Source: Smithellaceae bacterium
GTDB lineage: Bacteria; Desulfobacterota; Syntrophia; Syntrophales; Smithellaceae
Assembly (NCBI GenBank): GCA_963667845.2
Contig: CAXXVL010000002.1
Span: 2,240,001 to 2,304,000, forward strand
Length of the DNA: 64,000 nt
Reading direction: 5' to 3'
This document shows, piece by piece, positions 9,046-18,013 of the stretch; positions within the stretch are counted from its first letter, which is position 1, and each line of letters begins with the position of its first letter. The notes under the pieces are model-generated. The model saw only the letters and a program-made list of their open reading frames with translations. It ran no database searches and was not told the origin of the DNA. The position numbers and the translations under genes are program-made.

Positions 9046-10335
9046 GTGAATAAGGCGCGACGATTTGAAATTGATAATGCAGGCCGCTTGTTTTCTTCCG
9101 TCACGACGTCAAAGAGGAGGCCGCGGTTCCGGTTCATTGCGGTACTTACCGAAGAAGTGGAACCGGCCGTTCTGGCAAGCGCCCTCAACGCGACGATGCA
9201 GCGTTTTCCGTATTTCGATGTCGTCCTGAAAAACGGGTTTTTCTGGCATTATCTGGAGGAAGCTAAGCAAAAGATCACCCTGCAGCGCGATTCGCTCGAG
9301 CACTTTCAAACCTTGAGCCCTCAAGGTCCGCTTTTGCATATCGGGTACGAAGGCAGGAAAATAAACCTGGAGATGGCGCACGTCCTTTCTGATGGATTCG
9401 GCGCCGTGACTCTTCTGAAAACACTTCTTATACAGTATTACAGACTCCAGGGGGTTGACGTCCCGTTTACGCATGGCGCGTTTGATATCCGGGAAGCACC
9501 TTGCCCGGAAGAGTATGAGGACAGCTATAAAAAATACAGCCGCAAAAGCGTGAAGTCCATGTGGCGCGACACGAGGGCTTTTCGTCCGGAGAGTCTGCCC
9601 GGCAGGCAAGATTTGATAGGTGAGGTGGCCGTTGTAACGGGGATCATGAGCGCCGGGGATGTCCTGGCCAAAGCGCGGGCGTATCGGGTCAGCGTAACGG
9701 AATATCTCACGGCGGTGCTTGTACAGTCCCTGATGATGCTTCAGCGTGAAAACAAATCCCGGCGTCAGCTGCCGGTAAGAGTATCCGTCTCAGCGAACCT
9801 CAGAAAGTTTTTTCCGACCCGGACACTACGCAACTTTTCCGGTTTCGGCAATGTCGGTATCGACCCGGGCGCCGGCGAGTACACCTTTGATGAAACGGCG
9901 GAAGAGATGCACCATCAGTGCCGGTTAGTGCTGTCGGAAAAAAACCAGAATGCGCTCATCAGCAAAAATACGGCCGATGAAAAAAATATCCTGGTTCGCG
10001 CATTCCCTCTCTTCATCAAAAAACGCATGGCGATGCTGATCCTGGACCAGGTGGCCGCAAGGATGCTTTCCATGGACCTGACCAATATCGGTGCGATTGA
10101 TTTACCCGAGGCCATCAGAGATAAAGTGGAGCGCTTCGATACCATGGGCGGGAATCTGCACTTTTTCAGAATCGAATGCGGGATGATGAGCTACCGCGAC
10201 ATACTATCGATCAGCTTTTCACGGGCCATCGATCAGCCGCTTGTGGAAAGACGCTTTTTTGATCTTCTGGCGGACCACGGCATTGCGGTGCAGCTCGCAA
10301 CGCAGCTCGATGCAATGAGAGGCGGGGCGGCATGA
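9046..10335 (+). CDS. CoA-dependent acyltransferase (alcohol acetyltransferase/condensation-like family)
   Basis: HxxxDG motif HVLSDGFG, plus RFPYF..LKNGFFWHYLE and NLRKFFPTRTLRNFS. GTG start at 9046 follows GGAGG. Confidence 0.75.
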   Translation: MNKARRFEIDNAGRLFSSVTTSKRRPRFRFIAVLTEEVEPAVLASALNATMQRFPYFDVVLKNGFFWHYLEEAKQKITLQRDSLEHFQTLSPQGPLLHIGYEGRKINLEMAHVLSDGFGAVTLLKTLLIQYYRLQGVDVPFTHGAFDIREAPCPEEYEDSYKKYSRKSVKSMWRDTRAFRPESLPGRQDLIGEVAVVTGIMSAGDVLAKARAYRVSVTEYLTAVLVQSLMMLQRENKSRRQLPVRVSVSANLRKFFPTRTLRNFSGFGNVGIDPGAGEYTFDETAEEMHHQCRLVLSEKNQNALISKNTADEKNILVRAFPLFIKKRMAMLILDQVAARMLSMDLTNIGAIDLPEAIRDKVERFDTMGGNLHFFRIECGMMSYRDILSISFSRAIDQPLVERRFFDLLADHGIAVQLATQLDAMRGGAA

Positions 10336-11561
10336 AGGAAGCTCAATTGGAGCGGATTAAAAAAGTGCTTTCCGCGCTTGCGGATCAAAGTGAATTTTAC
10401 GCTAAAAAATTTTCCGGAATTGATTTGGGCGCAATTCAAAGCCGGGAGGATTTTGCAGCGCTTCCCTTTACGGATAAAGACGATCTCAGAGATGCTTATC
10501 CCCTGGGTCTTTTGGCAGCTCCCGAGCACGAGGTTGTCCGGGTGCATTCCTCTTCCGGAACAACGGGCATTCCGGTCATCATCCCTTATACCAGACAGGA
10601 TATCATTGATTGGACGGAAATGTTTCACCGCTGTTACGTGACGGCCGGATTAACCCGTTCGGACCGCGTTCAAATTACGCCGGGATATGGCCTGTGGACC
10701 GCCGGGATCGGCTTTCAGGCGGGAGCAGAGCAGCTGGGGGCCATGGTCATTCCGACGGGTCCCGGAAATACCGAGAAGCAAATCCAGATGCTGACGGATT
10801 TAAAGAGCACCGTCTTGTGTGCGACCGCCTCCTATGCACTTCTTTTGGCCGAAGAGATTGCCAAGAGAGGCCTTCGGGATAAAATCCATCTCCAAAAAGG
10901 AATATTCGGCTCCGAGCGCTGGGGAGAAAAAATGAGGCGCCGGATAGCCGGCGAGCTCGGCATCAAGCTGTATGACATTTACGGATTGACCGAAATTTAC
11001 GGCCCCGGCATCGGAATCAGCTGTGATAAAGAATGCGGCATGCATTTCTGGGATGATTATCTGTATTTTGAAATCATCGATCCCAAAACCGGCGGAGAGC
11101 TTCCCTGCGGGAAAACCGGCGAGCTGGTGATCACGACCCTGAGGAAGGAAGGAGCACCGCTGATCCGTTACCGGACACACGACTTAACGCGGATCATTCC
11201 CGGCGAATGCGAATGCGGCCTTGCGTATCCGAGAATCGACACCATTATCGGACGCACGGACGATATGGTGAAAATCAAAGGGTCGATGATCTTCCCGGCG
11301 CAAATTGACCGGCTCCTGTATGAGGTTGAGGGAGCGAGCAGTGAATATCAGCTGGTGATCGAAAATTTAAACGGCCGCGACGTCGTGACGCTGATTTTTG
11401 AAGCCGACCGGGAAGCAAATCAGGAAACTGTGATGAAGAATATTCAGGCAAAATGCAAGTCCCAAATCGGCATCACGGTCGTTCCCAAAGCGGTTCGCCT
11501 GGGCGGGCTCCCGCGCAGTGAGAAAAAATCCCAACGCATCCTCGATCATCGCGCAAGCTAG
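10332..11561 (+). CDS. paaK: phenylacetate-CoA ligase family protein
   Basis: VHSSSGTTG, GYGLWTAG, DIYGLTE, GELVITTL.KEG.PLIRYRT.D, GRTDDM. Confidence 0.85.
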   Translation: MKEAQLERIKKVLSALADQSEFYAKKFSGIDLGAIQSREDFAALPFTDKDDLRDAYPLGLLAAPEHEVVRVHSSSGTTGIPVIIPYTRQDIIDWTEMFHRCYVTAGLTRSDRVQITPGYGLWTAGIGFQAGAEQLGAMVIPTGPGNTEKQIQMLTDLKSTVLCATASYALLLAEEIAKRGLRDKIHLQKGIFGSERWGEKMRRRIAGELGIKLYDIYGLTEIYGPGIGISCDKECGMHFWDDYLYFEIIDPKTGGELPCGKTGELVITTLRKEGAPLIRYRTHDLTRIIPGECECGLAYPRIDTIIGRTDDMVKIKGSMIFPAQIDRLLYEVEGASSEYQLVIENLNGRDVVTLIFEADREANQETVMKNIQAKCKSQIGITVVPKAVRLGGLPRSEKKSQRILDHRAS

Positions 11562-11782
11562 TTTCATGATCATTTATTTGCCGGAGCGTTTGAGGCTTAC
11601 GGAGCACCATCGGGATCGGGAGGAAGAAATAAAGCCTCCGTGAAGGGTTCATCAGCATTGCCGGGACCGGCGGATCAAGAAATGATCGATCCGGATTGAC
11701 ATTGGATTGATTCATCTTATACTTTTACACAGGTCACAGTTTCAGATGATCATCCGATTGTCAGCCGGGGAAGGGATGTCGC

Positions 11783-13429
11783 ATGTACAGCAGCTTTTAC
11801 GGATTCCGGGAAAAGCCTTTTTCCATGACGCCGGATACGTCCTTTCTATTCCTCAGCAAGAATCATCAAGAAGCGTTCGCACACCTCCTGTACGGAATCA
11901 ATTCCCAGGGCGGATTTATCGAGCTGGCCGGTGAAGTGGGGTCCGGGAAGACCACAGTCCTCAGAACGCTGATGAACCAGCTCGACCGCGAGAAGTACAC
12001 GACGGCGCTGATTTTTAATCCCTGTCTGTCGGCACTGGAATTGCTGCAAAGCATCAGCAAAGAATACGGCCTGCCGGCCGACGAAATGATGAACGCGAGA
12101 TTGATCGGCACCCTCAATGAATTCCTGCTGAAGGAGAATGCGGCGGGCCGGACCGTGGTCCTGGTTGTTGATGAGGCCCAGAACCTCAGCCCGGCCGTTC
12201 TTGAGCAAATAAGGTTGATTTCGAATCTGGAGACGGAAAAGAGCAAACTGATCCAGATTCTGCTGGCCGGGCAGCCGGAACTGGAGACGATCTTGAACCG
12301 GCCGGAAATGCGCCAGATCAGGCAGCGGATCACTGTTCAATACTACCTTAAACCCATGGATTATGACGATACCGTCGCTTACATCAATCATCGTATTGGC
12401 GCCGCGGGGGGCGATGGGCGGGTTGTCTTTGCGAAATCCGCCCTGAAACGAATATTTCACTATTCCCGCGGACTCCCGAGGCTCATCAACATCGCCTGCG
12501 ACCGGGCGCTTTTGGCCGGCTACACGAAAAACGCGTTTGTGATTTCCGGCCGTATGGCAGCTCTGGCCATCAATGATTTGAACTCGATGAGTAAACGATG
12601 GTGGCCAATGAAGCGGAGCATCCCGGCAGGTCTCATTTTGATTGCACTCCTTTGTGGCGCGGGCATCTATCTTTACGCCGGAAACGTTATTGACAGAATT
12701 GTTTCTGAAGATGCCAGACTAAGCGCTGCCACCCGGAAGATAACGATGAATGTCCTCCCGACGGGAACCGCAATCGGATTAGAGGAATTCGCAGCCGGAG
12801 CGCGGGCGGAACTTACAAAATCCGGCCGGAAAGAGAATATCGCCGCTGTGTTTAATGCGGTTGCACCTCTCCTGGGTATCTCACCGCTTTCCGGCGGGGA
12901 AGAAGTCTCATCCCTCGACCAGGTGTTTCGTGACCGGGAAGTTCAGCTATACAGGTATCAGGGGAATCTCGGCGGCCTTCTCCGGCTCAATCGTCCGGCT
13001 GTTCTGGAAATTAATATTCAAGGGCTGAAGGATGCGCGCTACATTGCCTTGACGGGGCAAAATGACAATCGTCTTTTAATCGGGCCGCCCGTCCTGGGGA
13101 AATCGCCGCTGACCGCGCAGGAATTGGAGACGCTGTGGACGGGCCGCAGTTACATTCCCTGGAAGAATGTGCACAAAATTCCTATCATCGGTAAAATCGG
13201 AACACAGGGAGAGGGAATAAAACGGCTGCAGGTTCTGTTGCAAGACGCGCATGTTTACCGGGGAAATCTATCGGGCGTGTTTGATAAAGAAACAAAAGAG
13301 GCCGTCAGGAAATTCCAACTCGCCCAGGGTATTGATCCGGACGGTATTGCGGGAAGTCAGACGCTGTTTCAATTGTATTGTACGCTCGACAGCGGCGCCG
13401 TTCGTTTGCCGGGCAAGAAAAGTCCATAG
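11783..13429 (+). CDS. exeA: ExeA/GspA-type AAA ATPase with TM segment and C-terminal peptidoglycan-binding domain
   Basis: FYGFREKPFSMTPD, GEVGSGKTT, VDEAQNL, GLPRLINIACDRALL and AVRKFQ...DGIAGSQT. Confidence 0.9.
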   Translation: MYSSFYGFREKPFSMTPDTSFLFLSKNHQEAFAHLLYGINSQGGFIELAGEVGSGKTTVLRTLMNQLDREKYTTALIFNPCLSALELLQSISKEYGLPADEMMNARLIGTLNEFLLKENAAGRTVVLVVDEAQNLSPAVLEQIRLISNLETEKSKLIQILLAGQPELETILNRPEMRQIRQRITVQYYLKPMDYDDTVAYINHRIGAAGGDGRVVFAKSALKRIFHYSRGLPRLINIACDRALLAGYTKNAFVISGRMAALAINDLNSMSKRWWPMKRSIPAGLILIALLCGAGIYLYAGNVIDRIVSEDARLSAATRKITMNVLPTGTAIGLEEFAAGARAELTKSGRKENIAAVFNAVAPLLGISPLSGGEEVSSLDQVFRDREVQLYRYQGNLGGLLRLNRPAVLEINIQGLKDARYIALTGQNDNRLLIGPPVLGKSPLTAQELETLWTGRSYIPWKNVHKIPIIGKIGTQGEGIKRLQVLLQDAHVYRGNLSGVFDKETKEAVRKFQLAQGIDPDGIAGSQTLFQLYCTLDSGAVRLPGKKSP

Positions 13430-13438
13430 GGATAGGCT

Positions 13439-14086
13439 ATGAGTCTGATACTTGACGCACTAAAAAAGCTTGACCGTGAGATGGCCGCCGGGCGGAAAAG
13501 TTCCGGTGCAGTCGCGGATCAGATCCTCCTGCAGGATCGGGCGAGACCCAGATATAGAGGGATTATCTTCTTAACGATCGTTGCGGCTTGTGTCGGTGCG
13601 GTTACGACTATCGTCCTGATGGTTGGGTTTCCCGGTTTTATGAAACCCGCCGATCAGACGCCTGCGACATACTCCAAAGAAGCGCCAACCGTGCCGCCTG
13701 CCGGCAGCGCTGTGGCTCAGTCGTCAACAACGCCGGTCCCGCTCAATGAACCGCAGGGAATTATCCAGCCCGAACCGGATCGCTCTCGGATCGAACCAGA
13801 AAAGAAGGTGACGGTAAAGACACCGCCCCATGCCGAGACAATCGACAAGTCTGTCGAGAGCGATACCCACGACGTCCCGAACCGGTTGCCTGAGGCCGCC
13901 ATGCCGGTTCTCAGGATAACCGGCATCGTCTGGCAGGAAGACCCTCAGGCCCGCCGGGCTGTCGTGAATGATGTTGTGGCCAGGGAGGGATTTGTCATTG
14001 ACGGCGTTAAGATTGTTGAAATACGTCCGACAGTGGTCCGCTTCAAGAAAGGAACCAAATCGTTTGAAATATCCGTAGGGAAGTGA
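13439..14086 (+). CDS. exeB: ExeB/GspB-like type II secretion accessory protein
   Basis: MSLILDALKK N-terminus, a TM helix, a Pro-rich linker and C-terminal ITGIVW...AVVN; lies directly after exeA. Confidence 0.8.
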   Translation: MSLILDALKKLDREMAAGRKSSGAVADQILLQDRARPRYRGIIFLTIVAACVGAVTTIVLMVGFPGFMKPADQTPATYSKEAPTVPPAGSAVAQSSTTPVPLNEPQGIIQPEPDRSRIEPEKKVTVKTPPHAETIDKSVESDTHDVPNRLPEAAMPVLRITGIVWQEDPQARRAVVNDVVAREGFVIDGVKIVEIRPTVVRFKKGTKSFEISVGK

Positions 14087-14182
14087 CACGCCCGTCGGCT
14101 TGCATTCGCCGATCACTGATCCGTCGGCGTCCTCGGGATATTCCCGGTAACCTGATGAACCCTTCCCCTGACCTTCAGGATG

Positions 14183-14422
14183 CTATTTGCCTGTCTGACG
14201 GGAGTATGAAATTTTCTTTGCGCCGCCCTCACAGGAGCCGACGATCTTTTGATCTTTAACCTGATCCGCCGGTATAATCTCCAGCGTATATTCTTTTACG
14301 CCTTTCGCCTTTAATTTTGCCTCGATTTCCGTTTTCAGCTCTTCACAGGATTTGATCTCAGCAAACGCTGATGTACAGCAAAATACCGCCGCCGCTGCCA
14401 GCAAAATAACGATCTTTTTCAT
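14183..14422 (-). CDS. small secreted DUF1161/YnfD-like protein
   Basis: Signal peptide, KSCEELKTEIEAK..GVKEYTLEI and VGSCEGG.KKI.Y.R; AAGGAGG RBS. Confidence 0.85.
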   Translation of the reverse strand: MKKIVILLAAAAVFCCTSAFAEIKSCEELKTEIEAKLKAKGVKEYTLEIIPADQVKDQKIVGSCEGGAKKISYSRQTGK

Positions 14423-14529
14423 GCCTTACCTCCTTATGTATTGGCTCAACGAGCCTGTAGAATAAATATACGAGCCATTTTCTTTGCTATTTTCACGAGT
14501 TTTTTTACTTTTCCTCGACACGTAATCTC

Positions 14530-14584
14530 CGATTACGACGAAATCACCCGGAGCGCAGCAATCGGTTGCATTGACGGGTTGTGC
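14530..14584 (-). mobile_element. degenerate integron attC-like site downstream of the antitoxin gene
   Basis: Minus strand reads GCACAAC-CCGTC-AATGCAACCG...CGGGTGATT-TCGTC-GTAATCG. The AAC box and pairing inner arms are present, but the final GTT is altered to GTA. Confidence 0.5.
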
Positions 14585-14589
14585 GAATT

Positions 14590-14808
14590 TTAAGATGCTT
14601 CTTTCCAATTCATCGAAAGTACACGACCGGAAGCAGCGCAATCTCGCAAATAGAGATTTATCAACGTTTGATAAGGTACCCCCGCTGTTTTAGCGAGATT
14701 CTTGAAGTAATCTACGGTACCCTCATCTAATCTTATCGTTACTTGCTTCTTGAGCATACTTGCGCAAGGATTTTTTTTTGCTTTTGAAAAATCATATTCT
14801 TTTCTCAT
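14590..14808 (-). CDS. BrnA-family antitoxin
   Basis: MRKEYDFSKAKKNP...KKQVTIRLD...YFK...GVPYQTLINLYLRDC; ATGA overlap with the toxin gene. Confidence 0.88.
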   Translation of the reverse strand: MRKEYDFSKAKKNPCASMLKKQVTIRLDEGTVDYFKNLAKTAGVPYQTLINLYLRDCAASGRVLSMNWKEAS

Positions 14809-15101
14809 GATAACCACCTGCTCCAGTATTGTCTTTGCTCCATGCGTGTTGCCTTCCGTGCTGAAATTATTCTTACGATTAGGTCTTCTCTACGATAAGT
14901 ATGGGAAATGACGAGTAGCCGAAGCTTGGAACTCATGCCAAGAAGAACAAAGTGCGTTTCTTCCAATGAATGGTCGGGATCATCGAGCAATAAGCCATTT
15001 TCATCTGCGAATGCCGTTTGCGCTTCAGGAAAAGAAATACCATGCTTTCTTTGATTCAGGTTATCTTTCTTTTCATCCCATGCAAACCGTAACTCTTTCA
15101 T
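14805..15101 (-). CDS. BrnT-family (DUF497) toxin
   Basis: FAWDEKK..N.RKHGISF.EA, DPDHS.EE, RIISARKAT. Confidence 0.92.
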   Translation of the reverse strand: MKELRFAWDEKKDNLNQRKHGISFPEAQTAFADENGLLLDDPDHSLEETHFVLLGMSSKLRLLVISHTYRREDLIVRIISARKATRMEQRQYWSRWLS

Positions 15102-15106
15102 GATTA

Positions 15107-15135
15107 CAGTGTAATTACATTGTAGTGTATTGTCA
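15107..15135 (-). promoter_or_regulatory. sigma70-type promoter of the TA cassette
   Basis: Minus strand TTGACA-17 nt-TACACT ends about 5 nt before the toxin ATG, with no Shine-Dalgarno (probably leaderless). Confidence 0.7.
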
Positions 15136-15147
15136 ATAATTATTTCA

Positions 15148-15216
15148 GCTTAACGCGCTGATGAGCGGCGCCGGCGTGCGCAGCACGGAGGCGCCCACTC
15201 CATTGGCTGGTTAGGT
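15148..15216 (-). mobile_element. integron attC recombination site
   Basis: Minus strand: ACCTAAC (RYYYAAC)-CAGCC-AATGGAGTGGGCGCC...GGCGCCGCTCAT-CAGCGC-GTTAAGC (GTTRRRY); 69-bp imperfect palindrome with two unpaired bases in the left arm. Confidence 0.8.
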
Positions 15217-15700
15217 GCATTCTCACTCAATCGTCAGTTACTCCCATAACGAAGGCTTTCAGTTCTCCTTCCATGTGGATGCATATGGGGCGAGTAATGT
15301 GAGTAAAATAGGCGGTTGAGCTAGAGTACATTGCCGTGATCAAACCCCAATATCGCTTGTCGACATCGATGATTCCGCTAATATACGTATTACGTAAAAT
15401 CTGGCTTTTTGTGCAAAATCGATTTTGGAGATGATTTTTCTTCTACATAAAGACTCTTTGAAAATCAAATGAATATTAATTGTCGTGCCGCGTAAAAGGT
15501 CCTTATTCTCAGCAAATACATGGCACGTTTTTTATGGGTTTTTCGGGCAAAGCGGGTCGGATCGCAGAATCTTAGCGGCAGATGGGAAGTGTGATAATAT
15601 CCCGGTGTATATCCTTCCGGCAACATGATATAAAGAAGTGTCTATTATTTTATTAAGACACAATTAATCGGCCGGATTAAATCAGGAGAGACAATTCAAA

Positions 15701-17845
15701 ATGAAATCAGAACTCAATACCCCGTCCCCGTCCAACATCGATTATTTCTTTCATCCAAAGTCCATCGCCATTATCGGCGCGTCGGCGAATCTGACCAAGT
15801 TAAGCGGGCGGCCGATTGCCGCATTGCTTCAGAAGAAGTTTGCGGGTGCGATCTACCCCGTCAACCCGCGCTATGAGGAAGTCGCGGGGCTAGTCTGCTA
15901 TCCGTCAGTCGGGGCTATTCCCGGACCGGTCGATCTGGCCATTATCTCCGTGCCGATCGAGGGCACGCTGGCAGCTCTGAAGGAGTGCGCTGCGCAAGGC
16001 GTAAAAGCGGCCGTCGTATTTACCTCGGGTTTTGCCGAAACCGGCGCCGAAGGGCGCGCGCTGCAGGCCGAGATTGCTGAACTCGCCCAGGCAAGCGGCA
16101 TGCGCATCCTGGGGCCGAACTGCCTGGGATTGATTTACTATCCGAACGCGGTGATGGCGTCTTTCTCGGACATCATGTTTGTCGAGGGCGACTACCACGG
16201 CTCGCTGGGATTCATCACGCAAAGCGGCGCTTACGGCGAAAAGACATTCATGCTGACCGCGCCCGAGGGCGTCGGCTTCAGCGCATTCATCAGCGTGGGG
16301 AATGAGGCCGATCTGGAATTTTCGGATTTCATCGCTCACCTGCTTCGCGACGAGAGCACGCGCCTGTTTGGCGTCTACCTGGAAGGCGCCAAGGATGGCC
16401 AGAAGTTCCGCCGCGCGGCCGAAGCCGCACTGGCGGCGGGCAAACCCGTGCTGATCAAAAAGGTCGGCAGAACCCGGGCCGGGAAGAGGGCGGCCGCGTC
16501 CCATACGGGGTCGCTGGCCGGCAATGACCGGATATACGATGCCTTCTTCCGCCAGACGGGTATCATCCGCATCGATGAGCTTCGGGACCTGACGTATTTC
16601 GCCCTGGTCCATCAGAGCGGCCGAATGCCGCAGGGGAGGAACGCCGCGATCCTGACGGATTCCGGGGGGCCGGGTGTGGAGATGGCCGACCGCTGCGAGG
16701 AGTATGGCCTCAACGTTCCGGAACTGGGCAAAGCGACGCAGGCGAAGATCCAGGCGGCCATCCCGCATTACGGCTCGGCCCGCAATCCGGTGGACATGAC
16801 GGCCGCCATCATGACGGATCAGGAACTCTATGGGAAATGCCTCCGGGCGATCTTTGAAGACGACGCGATCGATATTGTCTTTGCGCCCGGTGTGTTCATG
16901 AGCTACGTCTCGCCGCAGTTACTGGAAGAGACCCTGGAAATTTACCACGCATCCGCGAAGCCGATGATTCTGTGCCCCGTGTGGACGGACTCGTCGCCGC
17001 AGTCGCAGGCGATGGTTGCCCGTGTGCGAAAAGAGGGGATTCCGATGATTCCGGAGGCCTCGGATGCCGCCCGTGCCATGGCGGCTATGGTCAGGTATGC
17101 CGCGAAGCGCAAGGTCTTTCTGGGCCGGGCGGGAAAGAAACCGAAAATGCCGGCAAAGGCGATGGCATCGGCCAAGACGATCCTCGGGAAACACGGCGCG
17201 TTGACCGAGTATGACAGCAAACAGGTTCTTGCCGCCTATGGCATTCCGGTAACGAAAGAGGCGCCGGCAGCAACAGCCAGGGAAGCCGTTGCCGAGGCCC
17301 GCCGGATCGGTTATCCCGTGGCTCTCAAGGTGCTGTCGCCCGATATTCCCCATAAAACGGAAGTGGGCGGGATCAGGCTTAATCTGCAAACCGACAAGGC
17401 TGTGCGCGACGCCTACGCGGAAATCATGAAAAGCGCCAAGAGATGTGCGCCGCACGCGGTTATCGGGGGTGTTCTCGTCCAGGAGATGCTCGGCGAGGGT
17501 GTCGAGGTGATCATCGGCGTAACGCACGATCCCGTCTTCGGACCTTCCGTGATGTTCGGCCTGGGCGGCGTCTTTGTGGAAGTCCTTGAGGACGTTTCCT
17601 TCCGTGTGGCACCGCTTACGGCGAATGATGCCGAAGAAATGATCGGTGAAGTGAAGGGTGCCCGTCTGCTCGCCGGTGTCCGGGGGAAGCCCGCCGCAGA
17701 CAAGAAAGCCCTGATCGACGTGATTCTGAGAGTCTCAAAACTGGCTGTGGATTTTGCAGACAGGATTGAAGAGCTGGACATCAATCCGCTGATCGTTTTT
17801 CCCCAGGGTGCCCGGGTCGCGGATGCCCTGATCGTCAAGAAGTGA
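15701..17845 (+). CDS. acyl/acetate-CoA ligase (ADP-forming), alpha-beta fusion
   Basis: PKSIAIIGAS, GPNCLG, SVGNEAD, AASHTGSLAG (phospho-His), NPVDMT and an ATP-grasp C-terminus (HKTEVGGI, FGLGGVFVE, ELDINPL). Confidence 0.92.
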   Translation: MKSELNTPSPSNIDYFFHPKSIAIIGASANLTKLSGRPIAALLQKKFAGAIYPVNPRYEEVAGLVCYPSVGAIPGPVDLAIISVPIEGTLAALKECAAQGVKAAVVFTSGFAETGAEGRALQAEIAELAQASGMRILGPNCLGLIYYPNAVMASFSDIMFVEGDYHGSLGFITQSGAYGEKTFMLTAPEGVGFSAFISVGNEADLEFSDFIAHLLRDESTRLFGVYLEGAKDGQKFRRAAEAALAAGKPVLIKKVGRTRAGKRAAASHTGSLAGNDRIYDAFFRQTGIIRIDELRDLTYFALVHQSGRMPQGRNAAILTDSGGPGVEMADRCEEYGLNVPELGKATQAKIQAAIPHYGSARNPVDMTAAIMTDQELYGKCLRAIFEDDAIDIVFAPGVFMSYVSPQLLEETLEIYHASAKPMILCPVWTDSSPQSQAMVARVRKEGIPMIPEASDAARAMAAMVRYAAKRKVFLGRAGKKPKMPAKAMASAKTILGKHGALTEYDSKQVLAAYGIPVTKEAPAATAREAVAEARRIGYPVALKVLSPDIPHKTEVGGIRLNLQTDKAVRDAYAEIMKSAKRCAPHAVIGGVLVQEMLGEGVEVIIGVTHDPVFGPSVMFGLGGVFVEVLEDVSFRVAPLTANDAEEMIGEVKGARLLAGVRGKPAADKKALIDVILRVSKLAVDFADRIEELDINPLIVFPQGARVADALIVKK

Positions 17846-17882
17846 TGCGGGCAGAGCGTCGTCATTTCCAGCCAAGATTTTC

Positions 17883-17911
17883 TTGACATCGCAGACCGCG
17901 TTTCTTATGCT
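17883..17911 (+). promoter_or_regulatory. sigma70-type promoter
   Basis: TTGACA-17 nt-TATGCT upstream of the CDS at 18014. Confidence 0.6.
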
Positions 17912-18013
17912 TCAGCCACAAGAAGGCAATTCTTGTCCCATGTGTTACTCGTGAAGTAAATTTCCGCGTAATATCGGAGCAAAAGCATAAATGAAAAACT
18001 GAAGGAATGAAAA

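Noticed and set aside
15521..15536. sigma54 promoter (TGGCAC) upstream of the ADP-forming ligase
   Set aside because: The -12 element reads TTAT rather than TTGC, which is too weak to call.
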